From contig DF237043.1 in the NCBI GenBank assembly GCA_000708835.1, forward strand, positions 62,001-126,000: 64,000 nt of DNA, given 5' to 3'. This stretch comes from Klebsormidium nitens (taxonomy: Eukaryota; Plantae; Klebsormidiophyceae). Under the pieces are notes generated by a model. The model was not told the DNA's origin, did no database searches, and saw nothing but the letters and a program-made list of their open reading frames with translations. Made by a program: the position numbers and the translations under genes. Of this stretch, positions 29,458-39,912 are shown piece after piece (the first letter of the stretch is position 1; each line of letters starts with the position of its first letter).

Positions 29458-30363
29458 CCGGGATCGACCTTAACATTGGCGCCTGTTGATTAAGCTCTTC
29501 CTGAACGTGCGCTTTCTTTACCTTGTTGTTGCCTAGTATCCGGGCAACACACAGTCGTCCTTCATGGTGGACGAGACCTCTCATAGTAGACGTATTGTGT
29601 AGATTGAATGTTGTCATCCCATTAGCGTCGATCTTTGCAGAATGTTGCTGCTAGCTCTATCACATCATGCTCAGACCGTCTTGATATTGTGTATGGCGCG
29701 AAGGGCGATTTGGCCTTGCGTTTCGCCGGGACTCGATCAGCCTACTTAGGAATCATCATCATATGTATTGTGGTCAAGCTCATTCATTTTCAAGAACGTC
29801 CCGCGCTTGTTGCAACGTGCCACAAAGCTTGATCGCGAAGATCGATCACACGTCACGCAGCTCAGCGTGTACTGACTCAGGGACGTTACCGATGCACCTC
29901 TTATCATCAATCACTCAGTGGCCATTGAATTACTCTAGGTAATTTGATGTTAAGGACATAGCTGTTTGATGGCGCTTGATTTACAGCTTTGTCCGGGCCG
30001 CCGACCAGGCATTCTGAAATCGTTGCATACACACGCGGTGCCAAGGCAAATTCTCTTACGTTGCCGTCCGCATACCATATTAGGAGCTATTTGGTTCGAG
30101 CTGTGATGTTTGGTGCCTGGGCCGGGCCGCGGCCCGGCGCCCTGATTGAAGCCGTTGTGAGATCGGCAGTCCGGCCTCAGTAAGAATCGCATTAGGAGCA
30201 TATACTCATGTGCAGAGAACATGTAATGTAATCGATGAAATGGGGTCAAGCTCCTTCAAAAATACAACATGACCCGCTCATTGCAGCGTATCTAGAAGCT
30301 TGGCGGATGGGCCCGCACGCCTCAAATCGGTCGACCGCATGTCGCATAAGCCCCGTTTAATAC

Positions 30364-33300
30364 TCAAGAAATTTGCTCTGCTTCATGATTTGTATGGTCT
30401 TCAGGATCTTCCTCGTCCCCTTCCTGTATCGTCTCCTCTTCCGGCAGCCCACTCATTTGCCCTATCAGCGACTTTATCGGGTTCTTGGCCGTTTTTGAAT
30501 ACAGCGTGGAGAAGGCAAACGTTTGGTCGAAGACGCCGTACTCGATGTGGGCGATGGGCTCCTGGCAGATCGGGCACGGGAAGCCCTTCTCCTCCAACGT
30601 GCGCGCGCAGTTCGCACACATGCACGAGTGCAGGCACGGGTGCAACCGGGTCCCTAGACAACGAGGGAAAAGACGGAAATATGAGTAAACAGAAACTCTA
30701 ACGTGAGGACTACCTGCGTAATAGTACAAAGCGTAGCAAACGAAGAGGCAGGGTTTCATCGATGTCTGGTCAGCAGAGGGAAAGCGGTAAGAGCCGGAAA
30801 TATAATAAGAAGCCTGAATGAACGACTTAAGAGTACCAAGCTAAAGGACATGGATGAGAAGTCAGCTGCCTGCGAGGTGGAATACACTTTCAGGTAGAGC
30901 ACACAAGTATCGGTTTGCTTGCAGAGGACTTGTTCCCCCTTCCTGACTCCAGACATTTGGCCATGGAGCAACATCTACCTCAAGTGGCCCTCTCGTTCAG
31001 CAAGGTCAGAGTCGGCCTGAGAAACTCTGCTTTTTGACTCCATTACCTCGGGGCTCCGTTAGGCACACGTTGCAAAGGCTGTTTCCCTCCAGCTGGCTGG
31101 CTGCCTCCCGATCCGCGTCAGCTGCGCGCAAAGACCATACGGCTGCTTATTTTGGCACCTTTGTATTTCCGGATCTTGTTTTGACAACAAATCTGGGCAA
31201 TCAAGGGAAGCTACTGTAAGAGACGTAGTAAACAAGGGAAGTTGCTTCTGTAACAGGCATCATGGTTGCCAGTGATACGTATCCCAGAACTACTGATCAC
31301 AAGGTCTTGCCTGTGATTATAGCAGACATTGAGCTCTATCCTTGTAGGCCGCTTCCCTGTGAAGTTGAAAGCCGACTATCCACGTACAATTTGCAAAGTG
31401 TCTGTTTCATTTAGGCAAATCTTGTCACCTTTTTCAAGGTCGCCCAACTCAGAGTTCGCCTCGGCCCGAGCAAGAAATCCCTCCGGGTCTTTGGGGCTCA
31501 GGCTGATCCCCACCGTCGCGTCCTCAACGGCTTTGGAGTACGCTTTCATTTCCACGTGGACGGCTGCGCGGCTGTGATAAAAAGGACAAAACGCGTGAGC
31601 AACACGTGGCGAAAACAGATACGTCACAGGACCAATCAACTTATAATATCTTTTTGGAAGTGTTTTAAGTAGAAACATCCCGCAAACCCTTCCTGTTCAG
31701 TTCCTTCTAAATTCTGAACACACTCGCTTGAATCGCTTTTAATACGATCAAACTGCGCTTGCGGCTTTTGGAGAGAACCGAGTGGAAGCAGTCACGCGTC
31801 ACGAAGGCAGTGTGTGGCTTCAGATTGGGACGATCAGGATCGGAAAACCAAGGCCCCGTTTTTGGAAGTCTGCTTTTAGACAAGTACGTTTGCTTTCGTT
31901 TAAATTAAGCGGGCCCCGTTCCGAGGCATATGCATTCTGACCTGTTGTAAGCTCGCCCGTATGAGGGGTTCAGCTCGATGGCCCGATCGAAGTCTTTCAG
32001 CGCCTACAGCAGATGAAAGCCGACCTGGCGTCAACAAAGGCAGAAGAACACACGTCGAAGATAGGAAGTTGGGTATATAGTAGCGAGCCGTCCTCCCGTT
32101 GTAAGTTCGTACATGCAAGAGGCTGGAAAACGCTCGCGAGCGAATCATTCTATCTTCTCCTCTTCAATTGCAGAACTTGCTGTCTGACAGCATTTTTGAG
32201 TCGTTGAATATGCAGTATGGAAACGAGCTCCTTCTTGAGAGCTGGCTGTATCAGCGGGGACCATTTTTTGCTCCTCAAGCAAAACGGCGACAAAGGACAC
32301 AGCAGATCGTTGCACGGGCTATGAAGCGCACCTGTTCGTAGCGGAGAAGCTGGAAGAAGGCCAGCCCCCGCTGATGGAACGCCGTCGAGTAGTCTGGCTT
32401 CTCTCTAATGGCCGCATCGAAGCAACTGCAAACACAGGGGCAAAGAAGAGTCCTTCTACCAGAGCATACACGAAGGGAGCTGCGTCTCTTGGCTCTCAGC
32501 ATTCATTCACAATCTGATGCTTGAATCTGCATTGAAGCGGCAAAGCGTTCCGCTGTCAAGTCCTTTTCCAGACTTGCTTCTGAACACTGGTCCAGGTATG
32601 TAGGAGTTTGCAGCGGTGCAAACTCTCGACCTCGAGTTGAAAGTACAAAGGGGCAAAGTCCACGTGGCTGCACCTGATTGCTTCTTGCAGGTTGCCCACG
32701 GCGGCATGACTGTTGCCCTTGAAGAACTCGAGGACGGCCTTGTCTACGTACTTGGGTATGGGGACCTGAACGGACATAAAAGGCAAAACAGAAACGGAAT
32801 GATCGATGGAAAGCAGAGAATCATGAAGTGAAACGGCCCGACCGTTGAGCAACAACCCAGGAAAAGCAGAGTCGTTTGAGGCTTCTGAGCGGAAACGTCG
32901 CGTTGCTCACTCTTCCTTAGGGACAGTTCCCCTGGTTGCCTCCGGGCTGAAAACTGAATACTTGCTGAAGAAGGAGCCAGGACTCGTTAGAATCAGAAGA
33001 TGGACGCTCACCCAAGCGGATGGCACTTGAGTACATCGTAATTGTCTCCTTCATACGAGCACCTCGTTTTCAATCTGTCCCGCAATCAAGCTCAACCCAA
33101 GGGTGTCGTAGGTACTGACAAAGTCACTGATGGACATTCTACATTCTCAGAATGTGCTCGTCACTGTGCTGAATTGTTGTTGAAACCCGGAAGAAGCTTT
33201 GGACTTACATACTGATACTCGACTTCTTCAACTGGCTCGATAGATGCCGACGCGCGCTCTTGGCCTCCGGAGTGATCCACTGCTTCAGCACCTGTTACGA

Positions 33301-33385
33301 CTGGTTCTCGCAGAACGGGCTGTTCCAGGGCTCCAGGTGGAGCAGTGGCACCGGCAGCCGCCTCAGAACTAGCTCCACACCCCAT
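30364..33385 (-). CDS. TPR-repeat protein with C-terminal C3HC4 RING finger and MGCGAS N-terminus (probable E3 ligase), 7 coding exons
   Basis: Exons: 33209-33385, 32674-32765, 32332-32404, 31942-32003, 31429-31571, 31047-31121, 30364-30653, in frame. TPR-like STAFHQRGLAFFQLLRYEQALKDFDRAIELNPSYGRAYNR. RING CNVCLTEPRGTRLHPCLHSCMCANCARTLEEKGFPCPIC. Confidence 0.85.
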
Positions 33386-34967
33386 GGCTCTGGCTGGCTC
33401 CTGTAGTGCCACGCAACAAATGCGAGTGATTTCAGGTCAACTTCATATTCAGAATGATGGAATGAACTTTTGGCAGATGAATGCAACAATGGAATGAGAG
33501 ATGGAGTTAGCCTGATCTTGCAGTGTAGGCAAGCTGCGTAGGTTCTTACTGCGCCTGACTCTACTTGTACGGAGCCTTCCAATAAGGATGCCAGCAGCTG
33601 ACGAAGTATGATGATTCCTTTCATATCTACTGGGAGCACGACTTGGGCTCAAGAAGCCGACTTTTGGCATCAACCAGCTGCCTATCCACTGTTCGCACAA
33701 AGGGGACGTCAGCAGCCCTCACCAAGTTAACTCTAAGAAGTACCAAAGAGGTGCTCGGGAATCCGTTTGAGCATTTGCCGCGTTCAAGGTTGCTCTTTCA
33801 ACTTTAGCAGTGGACACTCGGCACTATCTCCTACTCAAGCTTGTCATGATTCGTCAGCACAGGTTAAAAAAAAGTTTTCGACCTGGTGGTTACAGAATCT
33901 CCTCATTGCTGCAAGAGTCTTTCATAAATGCACGATTTAGGAGTTCCTGATTGTCGTCAGTGCCACTTAGGATTGACAACTGCTTGTTCCATGTCAAATC
34001 GTACGCACTTCATTTCGGACCTGAACACTGGCCCGGTGCATAGTGCCACAGATTCGCCCTTTGCAATCGCTGCATTAGTCAGGCTAGTGCTCTGTCTTTG
34101 TCAACTTACGGCAAGCAATGCTTGCTTGCGAAACAAGCAACTACAAAGACTGCTTACAGCTGTATGCATGCACGTAACTATTAGTGCAGAATAACAATGC
34201 CGGCTGCTCTTAGCAATCCCTTGTGCAGACGCTGTTATAGCATTGGTGCTTGTCAGAGTCCGATCATATTTCATCGCTTTTGAAAAATAAGGAAAGCTGG
34301 AAGCGCGAATTCAAGCCTGCAAACATCATCCTTACACTGACAGTGTCACTGTCAGCAGTGAACAGGATCAGCGGCGACATTCGCGCTTTAGAGAGAATCC
34401 CGGTACTTACGATCTTGGTCGTCGATTTAAGCCGCAGGGCCTCTTGATCGTCGATGGGTATTCCTAACGAGAGAGCCGAGTAAGGAGGTCGGTAACACAG
34501 CGAAAACTCCGGCTGCAATTAGCTACCTATGTTGGGACTGAATCAGCAAGAAGCACTAAGGGATACTGAAGTGAATTGGCGGCGGACTTGGCCATGGCGT
34601 TCACCAATAGAGATTGATGCTACTGCACCATGTGAAGACAAGCAATGTAGCTCGACAAATTGACGAACGACACAAAGTATCCTACATTGCCAGGTATTTG
34701 AGCTGGACGCAGCCCGGAGGGGCGCTTGTAATATGGCAGCAGCACCGCCTTGTTCACTCCTCACAGAGGGCTGCAGCGTCGTTTCAACGAGAAGCGGGAG
34801 CCACTTCTGATAAGTTAGCTGCCCGGACAAGGCACCCTCCATAGCCTCAGCTGGAACAGGAGATACCCTGTCCTTACTTGTCTAATCGGCAGAGCTGAGG
34901 TATGTGACATGTTTCATTCTTTAACGTTTGACAGGGGCAGCTGTGTTAGCCTGGTTCTAGGGAAGCA

Positions 34968-37900
34968 ATGATGGAGCAACTCCCAGACACCGACAGCGAC
35001 AGCGGCGACGATCTGGATATCGAGAGGAATGGCAGCATTCCCTGGAGCAGAGCAAATAGGCTGCGTGCGCTGCTAGCTCCAAAGAGACCTCCAGCTACAG
35101 TAGCCGGCTTGACGAGTTCACCAGAGCTCAATCAGGCGCCGCTTCAGAGCAGTGTGCCAGCCAATGAAGGAAGAAACTCAATGTCGAGTGTTGAAGCGCG
35201 TCAAAGAAAGCAATGGGAAGCGACAAGATTAGCGAACATGTACGTAGACGTAGAGGGTATAGCTTCCCAGCAGAGCATAGGAGATGGCTACATACGAGCT
35301 GCTTGGAGTCCGTCCTGGCAGGAGCGTATGAGTCGCGTTGACATTTTGCCTAGTCCCATTTCAAAGGGAGCAGTACGAGCTCTTGACTATTCAGGCTCGT
35401 ATCCAGTGCGAGGAACGGTCTTGAACAGCTTTGCAGCTCGTCTCAACGAAGTCAGTCCAGAGAAGAAGCTCAGGCCCGCGCAAGTAGAGGGGAATGCTGG
35501 TGGGGGAGGCGCTATGGCGGCCCGCTTATGGGAGGGTGAGCTGACGAGGCATGTGCAGAGATTGGTGGAACAGGCTCATGCGACAATTGGCAGCCATGCA
35601 GAGGAGATCAGAAAAGCGGAGAGCGTGTTAGAGTCGACCTTGCGGGAACTGACCTCCACAAGAACGTTCCAGGAGCAGATGTTGGATAACACACTCGACT
35701 TCCTGTCGAAGGTGAGGCTGCGTTTTTTGGGCGCACCAATGACAACATTTTCTTTAAAAGATCTGCAGAAGAAAGTAGATGAAAAAGAGAGTGAAGAAGC
35801 GTTCATCATACTTTGATATGTGTGTAACAAGCATTATCTTTGCAACGAAGTGATGCATTGCATCTCAAAACCTTTTTGACAGCAAATACTTGATGGCTGG
35901 TGGTAGTGTCCTCAATGCTCCCGTAGGAATTTATTCACCATACCTTGCGTTGACACACCCAGATCTGTTGCAGCAAAGACTCCTAGATTTAGAGTCAGGA
36001 CCAAGTCTTCGTAACGTGTCCCCTGTTGAAATTTCAGGACTTCGAAAGGAGAGCCGCTGAGATCCACCGCCAGTACATGTGCCAAATAGAGGAACTCAAA
36101 GCAGAGGTGCTGGAAAAGGCAAACTCCCAGAACAAGCAGGTTGGTCTTAACACCTTTACGTTGTCAATCTGCATACTGTTCTTGCTGCGTGCTTCAACAA
36201 CCTTCTCAAGTCTTCGCCTGTGTTCGTTCCTCAAGATGGTTATGATTCTCAGCCTTTCTGGTCTTCCAACTAAGTCGAGGTCAAAGTGCACCCAGTTCGT
36301 CACGTGAAAACTACAATTTCGAATCGGACTGTGAACCAGCCATTGCTTTGAAATGCGATCTTGACGGGCCTGATATTTGCAACACTCGCCCCGTCCTTTC
36401 GGTGCACGAAGGTGTGACATATCCAGAAATGAAAATGAAAATGACCAGCTTTAGCGCTGACTACTCGCCAAATCTGCACTTGTATTGTTGAATAGATTGA
36501 TCCTGACCGCTTTCCTTGTGCAGTGCGAAGAAGCGATTCAGAGAAAGGCAGCGGAGTTGAGCGCGGCACTTCAAGCAGCCAGCACGACGGAGAAGCGAAC
36601 CCTTTCCACTGCCTCTCCTGACAAGAAGACTGAGGAAACGTGAGGCACCAAGAACTCATTCAACTCGTGAAACTCGATTAAGTCGATAAAAGCTGTCCGT
36701 TTCTCATCCCCAGACCGGATGTTCGATCGAGGCTTCTGCAAAGGCTATGCATGACAGCACTCCTGTTCGACGTGGATACCTTGGTTTTAAATGATTACGT
36801 TATCGTCCAATTAAGATCGAGCCTCTAGCTAGCATGCTCCTGTGCAGTCGAAACGGAATCGCCACTTCACTCAACTGCAAGGATTCCATCGGTTCGACGC
36901 GCTTAACGGCGTTCATTTCCGGAAAGGCAGTCAAACGTCACAGAATGCTTCACGCTTCTTTCCAGGCTCAGAAAAAGCTCATATGCTGCCGATAATTGTG
37001 ACATGCAGGCATTCTCCGCCCCCTCCCCTTAGAGAGCAGGATGCCAATGCCCCTCAAAGCGCACCCGCAGAAGCCCCTCTTCAAGAGGAAAAGGCAACCA
37101 CAGTGTTGGATGAGAGCAGAGAACCGCAGACCGTTCAGAAGGCTGTAACGCACGCGAGCCCCAACAAATCGCCGTTGGAAGACGTGGTCAGAAACCTGAA
37201 ACCTCAGCGGCTCGAGCGGGCGCTTTCAGAAGTGCGGGACTGGCTGGCGGGTAAGGTTCGAACGTTGACGACCGTTTCTACTTTGAAAATTCTTGGGATC
37301 CTTTCTAGAGTGGACGTTCTTACTTGCTGAGTTATGAAGTTGGTAGTTAGTCTGTGGAAAACTACCTTGAAATAGTACCGAGAAGTGGTCAATTTTTTGC
37401 CGCTCTGCTCATTCTGCGCATTGAACTGCCGAGCGCAGCTGAGTCCCTGAGTCCCTTTCTTTGGCTTGACGTTTCAAGAGCCAAAGTCCGGTGGCTTGAT
37501 CCTGATCAACTATCATATTTTTCGTGGATGATCTCTCAAAGCGTCGATGAATCTGACTACGAACCAGGGCAAGTTAAACAGTTTCCTTATTTTCCTTAGA
37601 CGAGGGAAAGCCGTCGTCAAATATCGAGCAATCTATTTTCGCTCTTTGCAGAATCGACGGGCGCAGCCACCACTCCAGTCGACGCGTCCGTATTCTCACC
37701 AAGCTCCGTCGCAGCAGAGCAAGGCAGTGTGAACGGGGCTTCTCTCCTCTCACCGCTTACTCCCGCCCGACCACAAACCCCGGTAGCTTACAGCCGCCCC
37801 TCCAGTCCCGGGCCAAATTCGCGGCTCTCAGATCTGAAATCCGGGGGCCGGAGGGAATTGGAAAAGCGGAACGGGAACGACCAAAGGAGCAGCTGGAAAC

Positions 37901-38642
37901 GGCCGTCGAGCCCCGAGGCCCCGCGGCCGCTCTCGTTGCAGGCGCAGGCGCTGCAACTGGCCGAAAGAATGCGGCGAGACCTAGAACGGGGCCCGCTCAT
38001 CAACCTAACCAGCCCGGACGGCGACCTGGTCCCCGTCAAGGGCACTCGCGGGTCGCCCTTTCGCGACAGCCGCCCGCCGCCCTCCATCGCGCTGCCGCGC
38101 TCAAACCCCGCGAGCCCGACGCGCGCGCGGTCGCCCGGTTTCCGAGCGACGAGCCCGCTGGCGCCCGCGAGCGCGCGTGGCGCGGCGCGCGAAGAGCGCG
38201 CGAAGAGCGACCCGTTGGACAGTCCGGCGCGGAGAAAAGCGGTGAGAGGGGGAGGAGTGGTGCAGAGACGCGCAAACAGCGTCGCATTCGGCGTGGGGAG
38301 CCGATCGAAGACGGCGGTCCGGGTGATCGACCTTTTTCAAAGGTGAGGGGTTCAAAGTAGCTCGTTTTGAGTTGGTCTTCAAGAGCTGAAGTGTAAACGT
38401 GTCCGTTTTTCTCCGCTGTTTGCGGGCAGTTACTACGGGGCGGACGTTTGCAAAAGGCCTTCTGCGGCTGGCAAGGCTGTCAGTATGTCCGGAGCCTTTG
38501 CGACCGTCGGTAGTCACCCAGCTTGCGTCCCTACTCCATGTTTGCTTGACTGCTTACAGGGTTGTAAGGTTCTGGCTGCAGATTCTGATGTTTTGTTCGA
38601 TCTTACAGTGACTCTGAAAGCGAGGACGACCAGGAAGACTGA
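34968..38642 (+). CDS. Uncharacterised protein: central coiled coil, Ser/Pro/Arg-rich disordered C-terminal half, acidic tail
   Basis: Exons about 34968-35711, 36039-36140, 36524-36639, 37033-37250, 37651-38342, 38609-38642 join in frame with canonical GT-AG and end SDSESEDDQED*. No family recognised. Confidence 0.6.
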
Positions 38643-39912
38643 CTTTCGAGAATGGAAATATCGGAACTATAGACGGTAAGGAAATGAGGGTCAAGAAATT
38701 TGAAAGGATTGAGCTATGGTCACCTGTAAACAGTACACACGAAAGTTCGCAGACCAACGGGGTTGGGGGGCACTGAAATAGAGCGTCGAGAACGCAGTAT
38801 TGACGCGGCATGTGCCGGCTGGCGGCCGCACGCGATCGATGGGTTGCTACAATTGCTACTTCCTCCTCAAAGATCCAATCACGTCATGCATGCTTCTGTC
38901 GCAGTCGGTACTTTTCGAATTGTCGCTTTGCCCGTGGGGTACGAATCGCCTGGTTTGTGGCGAACTTATCGCAATGATGCGCCGCAGACTATTTGTAGAT
39001 TCGCATGTCAAGACGTCGAATAGAATGTGCAATTTTCTAGTATACATAGAAAATTACCCAATCATCTGACGATTCAATCACATGGAACCGTCATACAGCC
39101 TCGGATTCTCAAGCTTTAGTCCGGCCTCATGCAACTTTGCGATGGACTCATTCTATGACCGGGCCTTGCCAGTGCCTAGAGCAATCTCACTGAGTGTGCC
39201 AGTGTGAGAGCCCGTATACACGATAAGACGGATAAAAATGAAAGCGCATCTGGCCCCTGTGGCTTGTCGTATGAACAATGAAGCATACTCATGCTTGGTC
39301 TATGCTTCGACACGGTCCGTTCATCAGATGGGAAAGGGTCTCAAACTTACCGTCCAGTCCACAGTCGATCGTCAGAGACGACTGCCGACTTAGTACGTCT
39401 CAATATGTGGCTGTATCACGATTGTCTATAGTGTCTGTCCCCTATGCGAACCCTCCTCTTTCATTGGATACTTCATATAGTTTATTTAGCATTCAGCGAC
39501 TCGAACTTGCCAGCAATTTGTCTGAACTCATCAACGAAGACTCAAACTCTTATGTCGCTGACTTGCCTCAAAAGTACCTTTATTCGGCTTTCATTCCACT
39601 GGGGTCATGCGGCCTTCAAAATCGAATTGTAGTAGCACCAGATTGACTTGCCACAAAGTGCTGTGCAAATCTTAACCTCTACGCCTCGGGATCAGCGAAC
39701 TAGAGTAGGTAATTGTCGTCCACATCCCACCGGTAATATCTCCCGAGAAGATGCATTGAAGTGGGCGTAGGCCATGCATGGACAAGGCCGATCGGGCGGT
39801 GCCAAGAACCTCACAGAATTACCGTCCAAAATCTAGACCGTTGGATTTGTGACGCCGTCGGAGATAGCGGCTGACGTCCGGCAAACCCCAACGCCCAGTT
39901 TTAGAGTCCAGC

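Noticed and set aside
30121-30138. Perfect 18-bp palindrome GCCGGGCCGCGGCCCGGC; also CTGACAGTG-T-CACTGTCAG near 34338-34356
   Set aside because: Isolated short palindromes with no supporting context.
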